A DNA stretch of 64,000 nucleotides, from contig JBAZQO010000001.1 of NCBI GenBank assembly GCA_041645145.1, forward strand, positions 2,327 to 66,326, read 5' to 3'. Under the pieces are notes generated by a model that did no database searches, was not told the origin of the DNA, and saw only the letters and a program-made list of their open reading frames with translations. Positions 18,742-27,588 of this stretch are shown here, in pieces (positions within the stretch are counted from its first letter, which is position 1; the number at the start of each line of letters is the position of its first letter). This DNA comes from Candidatus Omnitrophota bacterium. GTDB taxonomy: Bacteria; Omnitrophota; Gorgyraeia; Gygaellales; Profunditerraquicolaceae. The position numbers and the translations under genes are program-made.

Positions 18742-20039
18742 AATTTGATTTCCCCGGCTGCCCTCCTGCCGTCAAGTATCGCATCCTCCATAGACATATA
18801 CTCCCAGCTTCCGTAACGGCCGCAGGCAATTATATTGTTGCGCGACAAGAATTCTTTTATTCCCGCGGTTGCCCGGGAATAATATTGATCATAAATGGGA
18901 TACCCGTATTTTATATCGTTTGTATCCAGAACCGCTATCCTGTTTTTTTTACTTAAGATCCCGGTTCTATGGAGGTCATTTAAAACCCGTTTAACAATAT
19001 TTTCCCTGTTGATAGGTTTGCTTTTTGAATATGAAACCTCCGCATATAAAGAGCTTGTACCGCCAGGAGCATTATTATGAGAAAAATTATGGAAGAATCC
19101 AACCCTGAAAAAAATGGTTTCTTTGCGCGGGAAGTACACCCAGTGCTTATTATCCTGGCAGCTTCCTTCTACGCCAAGATTCAAATTAAAAATCGAATTC
19201 CAGCGCAGCTTTTTAAGGCTGTTAATAATTTTATCAGGCAGCGGCTTAATTATCTTTATCAATTCGGGTAGAGGTATCGTCAAAATCAGGGTATCAAATC
19301 TTTCCGAACCAGCGCCTTTGATGGTTATCTCCTTTTTCTTAAGATCAATCCCGCTAACGCAACAATTCTTGGAGACATAGCCTATTTGTTTTTCAAATGC
19401 ACCAGCAAGCTGAGCGATCCCCCCTTTTCCGGGATACCAAAAAGTGGCGTTATAACCAAAACGGTCTCTGTTTTCCGCAAAGAACCCGTTAACCATATCG
19501 GCTAGGCTGGGCTGGGGAATAAATCTTTCTGACCACGGACAAGCCATCCGGCTTAAAGGAACTGTCCAGAATTTACTGTTATAAGGGATCATAAAATGCC
19601 TGGCTATGCCTTTGCCAAAGGTAGCATTTATCCATTTTAAGAAATCTGCCTGGCTATTACCTCTCCTGGGGAACTTGCCGGCCCAGATAAATTCCCATAA
19701 GCATTCCCAGGCTATTGGCCCAGGTAAGGCGCAGAGATTAGCCTGAAAGGGGTAGCGGCTAAAAATCCCGAAATTATTGACCCAGGCGCTCCTTTCATGG
19801 CGCGCCAGATTACCTTTCAATAGCCTTCTGGCCAATTGCAGCGTATAATTGTTTCTAAAATGCAGGAGGTGGCCGTCATAATCAAAAATAAAACCCTTGA
19901 TCTGCTTGGAACGGCACAGTCCGCCGACGGTGTCTTCTCTTTCAAATACGGCAGATTCTATCCCTCTTTTCTTAAGATGCCAGGCAGCGCTTAGGCCTGC
20001 CAGGCCCGCTCCTAAAATAATAATCTTCTTCTTAGCCAT
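18738..20039 (-). CDS. FAD-dependent oxidoreductase, UDP-galactopyranose mutase (Glf)-like
   Basis: N-terminal dinucleotide-binding motif IIILGAGLAGLSAAWHL...VFERED.VGG. GHLLHF... and the C-terminal ...ACGRYGSWEYMSMEDAI resemble UGM (GxHIFH...GRLAEYKYYDMHQ). Confidence 0.5.
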   Translation of the reverse strand: MAKKKIIILGAGLAGLSAAWHLKKRGIESAVFEREDTVGGLCRSKQIKGFIFDYDGHLLHFRNNYTLQLARRLLKGNLARHERSAWVNNFGIFSRYPFQANLCALPGPIAWECLWEFIWAGKFPRRGNSQADFLKWINATFGKGIARHFMIPYNSKFWTVPLSRMACPWSERFIPQPSLADMVNGFFAENRDRFGYNATFWYPGKGGIAQLAGAFEKQIGYVSKNCCVSGIDLKKKEITIKGAGSERFDTLILTIPLPELIKIIKPLPDKIINSLKKLRWNSIFNLNLGVEGSCQDNKHWVYFPRKETIFFRVGFFHNFSHNNAPGGTSSLYAEVSYSKSKPINRENIVKRVLNDLHRTGILSKKNRIAVLDTNDIKYGYPIYDQYYSRATAGIKEFLSRNNIIACGRYGSWEYMSMEDAILDGRRAAGEIKL

Positions 20040-21015
20040 TTACTTCTATCTTAATCAGTCTCTGAAATATGCCTATGCTAAATAAAAAAACCGCCATAAT
20101 GATGCCTGCTGCGGACAGATTGGTTACCCTTGTCAAAACAACACCGCAGACGGCAAAAATAGAACATAATAAATACATAATCAAAATTGTTTTGGTCCGC
20201 GAAAGCCCCAGGGCATCGATCTTTAATGCCATATGGTCATTACTTTTCTTAAAAGGCGGCCTTCTTTTGATTACCCTGAAGATAATAAGCAATATTGTAT
20301 CCATAATAGGCAGGCCGAGAATCATTACCGGGCTAAGCAGGGCAAAAACATTGTCTCTGGATGCATAATGCGTAATTAAGGCAATGCAAGAAATGAGCAT
20401 ACCCAAGAAATGGCTGCCGGAATTACCCAGATAGGCCTTGGCGGGAGGAAGGTTAAAGATTAAAAATCCGGTGCTTGAGGCGCATAAAATAAGGCTAAGG
20501 ATCTGCACATTTAAATCTGCGCTTAATAAACCTATGAGCAGGAATGCGCTACTTACAATCAAAGCCGTACCCGCGGCTAGCCCATCCATAATATCAAGCA
20601 GATTAAAGGCATTGGTCATGCCTAAAATCCAGAAAAAAGTAATTACGGCATTGCCCCAAAAACCAAAATAAATGATGTCGGTTCTTATACCAAATGAAAC
20701 TAATAAAACTGCGCAAAATGATTGGGCCAGAAATTTCTGCGTTACCGACAATTCCCTCAAATCATCTATTACGCCTAAAAATAGCACCAAGAGAGAAACG
20801 CCTGCTACCGCTAATATCTTAGTTAAAGAAAGCCCAAATACAAAAATACCTAAACACGAAGAGAAAATAAAAGACAGCCCTATTCCCGGACCCCCTGCCA
20901 AAGGAATATTCCCTACTTTAAGTATTTTATATCTTAAAGAAACTCTTGCTATTAAGAAAGTGCAAAGCAGACAGGAGATTAGGGCCGCGGTAAAGATAAT
21001 CAGGTATTTAAGCAT
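20032..21015 (-). CDS. polyprenyl-phosphate N-acetylhexosamine-1-phosphate transferase (WecA/MraY family, GT4 superfamily) - initiating glycosyltransferase
   Basis: Polytopic membrane protein of ~10 TM helices with the conserved NAFNLLDIMDGLAAG motif (N.xN.xDG.DGL) of the MraY/WecA/WbpL family. Confidence 0.75.
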   Translation of the reverse strand: MLKYLIIFTAALISCLLCTFLIARVSLRYKILKVGNIPLAGGPGIGLSFIFSSCLGIFVFGLSLTKILAVAGVSLLVLFLGVIDDLRELSVTQKFLAQSFCAVLLVSFGIRTDIIYFGFWGNAVITFFWILGMTNAFNLLDIMDGLAAGTALIVSSAFLLIGLLSADLNVQILSLILCASSTGFLIFNLPPAKAYLGNSGSHFLGMLISCIALITHYASRDNVFALLSPVMILGLPIMDTILLIIFRVIKRRPPFKKSNDHMALKIDALGLSRTKTILIMYLLCSIFAVCGVVLTRVTNLSAAGIIMAVFLFSIGIFQRLIKIEVNG

Positions 21016-22177
21016 TTTGTCCGTTTTTCCATAAATTAAAATATATTTCTTCGGTATTTTTAAGCATGTTACTTAATAAAAACTCCTCAGAATCGATGGC
21101 TATCCTGGATAGCCTTGCGAATTCATCTCTCTGCCGAGCGTCTTCTAATAGTTCCCTCACCCGGTTCCGCATGGATTGTATGTCCCCTGCCTTAATCAAA
21201 TAACCTGTTTTCCCGTTTACAACAACCTCGCCAATACCTCCGGTATCAGTAGCCACCAGCGGAACCCCCGCGGCCATTGCTTCCAAAGCAGCTATCGGCA
21301 GGCCCTCCCATCGTGAGGTAAGCACAAAAACATCCAGGCAGGATAAAATTAAAGGTATATCATTGCGCCAACCGGTTAAGATAACCGCCTCTTCCAAATT
21401 AAGTTTCTTGATCAGGGCGCAAACCTTCCTGCGCAACGCCCCATCGCCTGCGAGGATAAATCTAGTATCCGGGAAATCTTTTTTAACAGCACTGGCTAAT
21501 TTTATAAAATCCAAAGGGGATTTCTGTTTTTTAAGACAAGCAACCGTGCCTACGACTAAACCTGCCCCGGACAACCCCAGCTTTTCCCTGGCGGCAGAAG
21601 ATACAGCGCCACCCTTGAACTCCCGGGCATTTATGGCATATTTTACCAGCGCATATTTATCCCGGCTGCCGACTGCATGAGCTAATCCTTTATTTTTATC
21701 AGATTGGGAAACCACGATTATTTTGCTGGTAAAAACCGCGCATGCCTTTTCTAAAAACAGATACAAATGATACGCGACCTTATGCTGATAATCATGAAAA
21801 CTCCAACCGTGGACAGTATGGATAATAATCTTGATACCGGCCGCCTTGGCAGCCCACCTGCCCAAAATACCGGCTTTTGAGCTATGTGTATGTATAATAT
21901 CTATATTGTTATTTTTTATATAAAAATAAAGGGAAAATAAAGCCAGGGTGTCTTTAACCGGATGGATCGGGCGCTCAAGAAATCTGCAGCAGGTTAACTT
22001 TAGATTAGGAATCTTTGCCGCTGCGTCAAGCAGTAAGCCATCTTTTGCGGTAACAAGATGGGGGTTGAATCTTTCTTTGTTTAACCCTTGAATAAGGCTT
22101 AAAAGCTGCTTTTGGGCCCCGCCTAATTCCAGCTTGGTAATTACATAAAGGATATTGACTTTCCGCTCAAAGCCCAT
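21008..22177 (-). CDS. glycosyltransferase family 4 (GT-B, group 1)
   Basis: C-terminal EGLPIAALEAMAAGVPLVATDTGGIGEVVVNGKTGYL is the canonical GT4 E-x7-E region. Confidence 0.75.
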   Translation of the reverse strand: MGFERKVNILYVITKLELGGAQKQLLSLIQGLNKERFNPHLVTAKDGLLLDAAAKIPNLKLTCCRFLERPIHPVKDTLALFSLYFYIKNNNIDIIHTHSSKAGILGRWAAKAAGIKIIIHTVHGWSFHDYQHKVAYHLYLFLEKACAVFTSKIIVVSQSDKNKGLAHAVGSRDKYALVKYAINAREFKGGAVSSAAREKLGLSGAGLVVGTVACLKKQKSPLDFIKLASAVKKDFPDTRFILAGDGALRRKVCALIKKLNLEEAVILTGWRNDIPLILSCLDVFVLTSRWEGLPIAALEAMAAGVPLVATDTGGIGEVVVNGKTGYLIKAGDIQSMRNRVRELLEDARQRDEFARLSRIAIDSEEFLLSNMLKNTEEIYFNLWKNGQNA

Positions 22178-22201
22178 TTTATTATTATATTACCTTGGGA
22201 G

Positions 22202-22825
22202 TTAAACCGCAATGATATTAAGGCCGGCCAGGTCTTTGGTCAGCCCTAAGGTATCCCTAAAAATAAAGCTTTTAATTCCCAGGCTGGCGGCGCTTTCAAC
22301 CAATTCCGGCCGGTCGTCGGTGTAGAATATCTCTTCAGCTGATACACCAAGGCTTGAAATTACTTTCTGGTAAATCAGTTTGTCCGGCTTGGCCAAACCT
22401 AACTCGTAAGAAAAAAACAGCTTATGGAAGACATCAAAGACCGGAAAGTTCTTCTTCAAATATTCATAATGCAGAATGTTGATATTTGAAAGAAGCGCAG
22501 TCTGATAATCCGCTTTCAACAGGTTAAGCAGCGCATAAACCTTGCGGTTCCTTGCGCTTAAGAAGAATATATCATTCCATATGGGGACAAACGAATCATA
22601 GCTGAGTTTTAAATCAAGCATCTCTTTAACTTTAGAATAAAATTCCTGCGGGGCAATCTTTCCTTCTTCAAAGACTGCGGTTACCTGCGAATCAAAAAAG
22701 AGGTTATATATTTCAAGAGGGCTCCTCGCGCAGAAACCCGAGATCCTTTCTGCTGAGCGCTTATGGTTAAAATCCACCAGGACATTCCCCAGGTCAAACA
22801 AAACAACTTTTATCTGATCTGCCAT
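22202..22825 (-). CDS. HAD-superfamily hydrolase
   Basis: N-terminal motif I VVLFDLGNVLVDF (DxG with catalytic Asp); ~207 aa as expected for small HAD phosphatases. Confidence 0.6.
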   Translation of the reverse strand: MADQIKVVLFDLGNVLVDFNHKRSAERISGFCARSPLEIYNLFFDSQVTAVFEEGKIAPQEFYSKVKEMLDLKLSYDSFVPIWNDIFFLSARNRKVYALLNLLKADYQTALLSNINILHYEYLKKNFPVFDVFHKLFFSYELGLAKPDKLIYQKVISSLGVSAEEIFYTDDRPELVESAASLGIKSFIFRDTLGLTKDLAGLNIIAV

Positions 22826-22828
22826 TTT

Positions 22829-23800
22829 CTAATTTCCCTGCTCCTTATTCTTCCTAAATAGGTCCAGAAACCTGTCTTCATACTCCTTATAAACATTCCA
22901 TTTATCCAGTTCCGCTTTCAATACATTGGCCTTGGCTATCTCCAGCCTGCTTTCCTCAAAAAGTTTTTCGATCTTTTCTTTAACCGAACCCGGCAGTTTG
23001 GTAAGCTGGCTTAATGTTTTCTTGATCAACTCCACCTCCTCCTCACCGATAGGAGAAGATTGGCCGGGAGTGCCCAGCTTAAGAAAATCTAAAAGCTTGT
23101 TAATCTCATTCTCCATGACAAGCGCCTGCTCTTTTAACGGCTGCACATCTATCTGCATATTTAATATTTTTCCCAGGCCTTCGAGCACCGCGGCTGAAGC
23201 CTTGGGATTTTCAATCTGGATGGTATAAAGAGGAATATCCCCGAGCAGGCAGAACCCTTTTAATCCCGCTTTCTTGGCCAGGGTTAAGAATAGCCCGTTC
23301 ATCCCGCTGATCTGGCCATCCTCTAAAACGCTAAAATTATATTTCTTCAGATTTTCTTTTGTTTTCTGGTCCGTAGCCGCAAACCATACGCGCGAATCCT
23401 GCATGTGGTCGGTTGCCTGCGGCATAGAGGCAAAACTCACCACCGTCTCTACCTGGAATTTCTTAGCCAAGGTTAAAATCTCCCGGGAATACTCCTCCGC
23501 TTTGGAGAGATCAGGCTGGGCATTGCTTAAGAATATAATCAAGTCATTCTTTCCTGCCTTATTCCTCCAAAAATAGAATTTGCTCTCCGGCAATTGCGGC
23601 TTTTCCAAGATGCCGGACGCGATTACGCTGCCGGTAAGATAAAAAAATCCTTCAGCCTCTATACTGGCCAACTCCTCGGCTTTTAAATGTTCCACCAGGT
23701 AGTTGGCCGCCTTAAAAGCCACATCCCCCATCCCCGGCCAGGCCACAACCAGGTAAGGCTTCTTGAGGTGCACCCGGCGCTTGATCTTCAATGTTTCCAT
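22829..23800 (-). CDS. PAC2-family (proteasome assembly chaperone 2-like) protein
   Basis: KPYLVVAWPGMGDVAFKAANYLVEHL matches the conserved N-terminal hhh.PG.G.V...A..hL block of PAC2-family proteins. The C-terminal half is coiled-coil rich. Confidence 0.45.
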   Translation of the reverse strand: METLKIKRRVHLKKPYLVVAWPGMGDVAFKAANYLVEHLKAEELASIEAEGFFYLTGSVIASGILEKPQLPESKFYFWRNKAGKNDLIIFLSNAQPDLSKAEEYSREILTLAKKFQVETVVSFASMPQATDHMQDSRVWFAATDQKTKENLKKYNFSVLEDGQISGMNGLFLTLAKKAGLKGFCLLGDIPLYTIQIENPKASAAVLEGLGKILNMQIDVQPLKEQALVMENEINKLLDFLKLGTPGQSSPIGEEEVELIKKTLSQLTKLPGSVKEKIEKLFEESRLEIAKANVLKAELDKWNVYKEYEDRFLDLFRKNKEQGN

Positions 23801-23828
23801 TTTGTCTCCTTGTGATTTTTAAGAATTA

Positions 23829-24950
23829 TTAAAATTTGTAATTCTTAAGGAACCCGCTTAAAACCTCTGCCCCTTTATATAAATTGCTGATCCTGGCATA
23901 TTCATCCGCAACATGCGCGCAACCCTCGCTTCCAAAACCAGTAGCAACAGCCGGGATATTTCTGGCTTTAAAGAATGTAATTACGGTTGCTCCCTCCGAG
24001 CCGCTGATGCGCCCTTTAACCTTAGCCTTGCGCATCGCCGAAACCAAATGCGTAACCAACGGATGTTCAGGGTTAATATAATACGGCTCCTGGACACCCT
24101 GGATCTCAACCTTAAAATTACGGCTGTAGCGGGAGATGGTTTCTTTTAAGTTCCGCAAAATCCGCATCTGGCTTGTTCCGGGAAGGAAACGAAAATCCAG
24201 CTCAAATTCACACCAGTCGCTAACCACATTTACTTTATCCCCGCCTTTTATGGTGCCGACATTAACCGTAGGTTCCCGCAAATATTTGTTCTTTTGATAA
24301 CTTATTTTTTGATTTTTAAGGTCGGTAATTATCCTGGCTGCCATCTCTATGGCATTAACCCCCAGCCAAGGATAGGCCCCGTGCGCTTTTTTACCTTTAA
24401 TGGATACTTTTAGATGCATCAACCCTTTCTGCGTGACCACGATCTCGAAATCATCAGCATCCAGAACTACTGCCGCATCTACTTTTAAGATCAAGCGCTC
24501 CAGCAAAGGTATCAGCCCCAGGAATGAGCCACTTTCCTCATCGGCAGTAGCAGCAAAAACCAGATTATAATTAAGTTTAGCGCCCTCTTCAACCAGACTA
24601 TGGATAGCCTCCATAGCGCAGGCGACATTTCCCTTGCAATCCGTTGCCCCTAAGCCGTATATTTTATCCCCGCAAATTTTCCCCAGGAAAGGGTTGGTTT
24701 TCCAGCTTTTCCCGGCCGGGACAGTATCAAGATGCGGGGTAAGCAAAAGTGATTTAGCGGATTTACCATTAAGGACCGCAATTACATTGGCCCTTTTACT
24801 TTTAAAGCTATATGTTCTAACATCCAGGCCAAGCTTGCGCAAATACCGGGCTACAAAACCGGCTATCTTAGATTCATCGCCAGGAGGATTCTGGGAATCC
24901 AGGCTGATTAATTTCCGGATGGTTCTTATCAGGCGTTTTTTATTGACCAT
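23829..24950 (-). CDS. M20-family metallopeptidase (ArgE/DapE/acetylornithine deacetylase-like)
   Basis: HLDTVPAG and GATDCKGNVA (metal-binding His/Asp blocks of M20). ~373 aa. Confidence 0.7.
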   Translation of the reverse strand: MVNKKRLIRTIRKLISLDSQNPPGDESKIAGFVARYLRKLGLDVRTYSFKSKRANVIAVLNGKSAKSLLLTPHLDTVPAGKSWKTNPFLGKICGDKIYGLGATDCKGNVACAMEAIHSLVEEGAKLNYNLVFAATADEESGSFLGLIPLLERLILKVDAAVVLDADDFEIVVTQKGLMHLKVSIKGKKAHGAYPWLGVNAIEMAARIITDLKNQKISYQKNKYLREPTVNVGTIKGGDKVNVVSDWCEFELDFRFLPGTSQMRILRNLKETISRYSRNFKVEIQGVQEPYYINPEHPLVTHLVSAMRKAKVKGRISGSEGATVITFFKARNIPAVATGFGSEGCAHVADEYARISNLYKGAEVLSGFLKNYKF

Positions 24951-25581
24951 GGAGCGGGCAAATTACGCATTTAGGATCCTGCTTGCGGCAGTAATCCTTG
25001 CCCAACCTTACTAAAAGGGCATGGTATTCATTAAACATCTTCACGCTATTTTTAAGATTGCGCATAAAAATATCCTGCACCTGGGCGTAATCAGCTTCCT
25101 CTTTAATTAATCCGTGCCGGGAAAATATTCTTTTGGTGTAAGCATCCACCACGAATACCGGCTTATTCAAAGCATAGAGAAGGATCGAATCCGCTGTTTC
25201 CGGGCCTATTCCGTTTACCGAAAGCAAAAGCTTACGCAGTTGGCGGGGGTTAGCTTGCGACATTTTCTTAAGATCCCCCTTGTAAACCTCAAAAAAGAAC
25301 TTCAGGAACTCTTTAATCCGCCTGGCCTTAATATTATGGTAACCTGCGCTTTTAATCAGCGCGGAAATTTTAGCCGGGCTCATCCGGTAAAGTTTCTCCG
25401 GGCGCAACACTTTTTTAGCCTTAAGCCTGGCTATGGCTTTTTCCACATTCAACCAATTAGTACCCTGGGTAAGGATTGCTCCGATGATAACCTCAAAACT
25501 ATTCTCCGCAGGCCACCAGTGCTGCGGCCCAAATTTAGAATAAAGCCTGCGAAAAATAACCTTTAATTTCCGCTGCATCAA
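24940..25581 (-). CDS. HhH-GPD base-excision DNA glycosylase, endonuclease III-like with C-terminal 4Fe-4S cluster loop
   Basis: Helix-hairpin-helix GPD region LLSVNGIGPETADSILLYAL, catalytic Asp VVDAYTKRIF, and C-terminal Cys ladder CRKQDPKCVICPL. Confidence 0.65.
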   Translation of the reverse strand: MMQRKLKVIFRRLYSKFGPQHWWPAENSFEVIIGAILTQGTNWLNVEKAIARLKAKKVLRPEKLYRMSPAKISALIKSAGYHNIKARRIKEFLKFFFEVYKGDLKKMSQANPRQLRKLLLSVNGIGPETADSILLYALNKPVFVVDAYTKRIFSRHGLIKEEADYAQVQDIFMRNLKNSVKMFNEYHALLVRLGKDYCRKQDPKCVICPLHGQ

Positions 25582-27512
25582 TCAAGTTCCAGAGGGTTAT
25601 AACCGTAATAGGCAAAAATGGCATAAGCAGTCCCGGATACCGAACCGGTATACTTGCCTTTAGGGGTTCTCCAGCCATGCCCGGTATCCACAAAATCCTG
25701 CGTTGCGTACGGCAGGCAGCCTTCCCCCTGGCCCGAAGGAGAAGGGCTGGAAATAATCATATTCCCTAATTGTGCCAGGTAATTATCTGCTTTATCCCGA
25801 TAAGCAGCGGATTTAGCTGTTTGTCCTCCTTTAGAATAATAATCAGCCATAATTTTAAATGATACAGCCATCTGGGCTGTCCATTCGCTTGAGACCACCC
25901 CTCCCCGGGCAACATTGCGCTGCGGCGCAAAATCAAAACCCCGGATCTTAACTGTCTGGCCTCCCGGCCGGATAAAATCGACCTGGGCTTCGCAATTCTC
26001 CTCGACAAACTCCATTATTTTATCCGGGTCCATACCCAAGGTTTTAAGCCTTGCCGGGCCGATAGCGGCAATAGACCAGGCATAGGTATCTGTGGCAATC
26101 GTGGAATCACCTTTACCGCGCTTAACCGGCAGATCCTCCCGGCCATAAGTATTGCGCATCAGCCACCCTAATGTTTTTTCCGCGGCCCGGACATACTTTT
26201 CCTTATTGGTAACTTTAGCGAGCATCTCAAAAAAAGCATAAGCATCCAGATTATGCTCTGTGGAATACCAGCTCATCTGCGGGCCTCCGCGGATACCGCC
26301 ATCAACATCAGAATCCTGCAGCTTGATTATATTCCGGGCAATCTCTTCGGCTATCTCCAGGTAATTCCTGTCTTGGGTTTTCCGGGTATACTGGAGAATG
26401 GCAATACCCAGCCAGATATTCGGTCCGCAGTGCATGACATATTCCGCAGGGGAGCCGGTATCGGCATAATAAACATTAAAAAACCAACCGTTCTCCCTTT
26501 TGGCCTGATCGCTAAAAAAATCCAGCAGCTTCTTTGCCCGGTCATAATCACCGAAGTTATTAAAAATCTGGATCATCAGCGCCTGGTCATAAGTAAACGC
26601 CCAGCTGGCGATATCCTTGTCTCCTTCAAAACTCATTACTAAGCCCGTGCGTGGATTCTGGTGAATTTTAAGCCACTGGTACATCTTGTCCAGGTTTGCC
26701 TTTGTCAGGATTACCTTTTTACTATCCAAGCGCAGGGATTCTTCTTGAGCTGCCTTCTCGTTAATTTGCAACGCAGCCAGTTCCGCTTGAAAAAGATCCC
26801 TTTCCCTAACCAGCCTTAAAATTAAACCATTTAATTCCTTTGTCTTGTCAACGGCAGCAGGCGCCTGAACGCTCTTTGTCTGGGAGGCAGATTTAATTTG
26901 TGAAACCAGCGATTTGATCTTCTGCTGCAAAGCGCCTCTCTGCTGGGCTATCTGGTTTATCTTCTGCCTGGCAAGATCAGACTCATGCAATACGCCGACC
27001 AGCTCCTCAACGAGCATCTTATTCTTTTGGGTCAACTGTATATTTAAATAGGCGCCAAAAGCCAAAAAGAGGGTTAAGCAGGCGATAAACAAGGTTATTA
27101 CCGGTATAAACAGCTTCTTTGCCCGGGCATAACGCATAAGCATGTTATTCTCGGAGGGATTAATCTGTTCGTAGGATAAGCCGATAAGGTAGCGGTTGGG
27201 TGAGCCTGGAATTTCTTTTGTCCAGGCCACGCAGGTAAAAGCGACTATCGGGTTCCTAAATAAAGGCGCCTCTGTCTCTATGGATAATTTAACTTTTTTT
27301 TCTTTGATCAGGTTGAATAAATCGGGAGCAAGGCCGTTTACCGAAAGGCATATGCCACCGCGGCTGATACTGTTGGTAAATCCCTGCAGCCATGGCGAAA
27401 AAAACTGCGACCTATCCGGGCTTTCTAAACGGAACTGCACGGGAAAAACAGTATCCAGGCGGATATACTTTCTGCGCTCAAGGTCAAAATCAATTTTAGT
27501 TTTAAACCACAT
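25578..27512 (-). CDS. PilZ-domain membrane protein with coiled coil and C-terminal (alpha/alpha)6 glycoside-hydrolase-like domain
   Basis: N-terminus RRKYIRLDTVFPVQF...FTNSISRGGICL is the PilZ RxxxR...DxSxxG c-di-GMP-binding signature. One TM helix (LFIPVITLFIACLTLFLAFGAYL) and a ~130-aa heptad-rich segment follow. The ~370-aa C-terminal domain has recurring aromatic/Gly-rich helical hairpins resembling six-hairpin glycosidases. Confidence 0.5.
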   Translation of the reverse strand: MWFKTKIDFDLERRKYIRLDTVFPVQFRLESPDRSQFFSPWLQGFTNSISRGGICLSVNGLAPDLFNLIKEKKVKLSIETEAPLFRNPIVAFTCVAWTKEIPGSPNRYLIGLSYEQINPSENNMLMRYARAKKLFIPVITLFIACLTLFLAFGAYLNIQLTQKNKMLVEELVGVLHESDLARQKINQIAQQRGALQQKIKSLVSQIKSASQTKSVQAPAAVDKTKELNGLILRLVRERDLFQAELAALQINEKAAQEESLRLDSKKVILTKANLDKMYQWLKIHQNPRTGLVMSFEGDKDIASWAFTYDQALMIQIFNNFGDYDRAKKLLDFFSDQAKRENGWFFNVYYADTGSPAEYVMHCGPNIWLGIAILQYTRKTQDRNYLEIAEEIARNIIKLQDSDVDGGIRGGPQMSWYSTEHNLDAYAFFEMLAKVTNKEKYVRAAEKTLGWLMRNTYGREDLPVKRGKGDSTIATDTYAWSIAAIGPARLKTLGMDPDKIMEFVEENCEAQVDFIRPGGQTVKIRGFDFAPQRNVARGGVVSSEWTAQMAVSFKIMADYYSKGGQTAKSAAYRDKADNYLAQLGNMIISSPSPSGQGEGCLPYATQDFVDTGHGWRTPKGKYTGSVSGTAYAIFAYYGYNPLELD

Positions 27513-27588
27513 TTTTTCTACGGCTTAAGGGTGAATGTTACGGATTATATTTTATAACAAATGAAGTTTAATACAATGTGAATATTCC

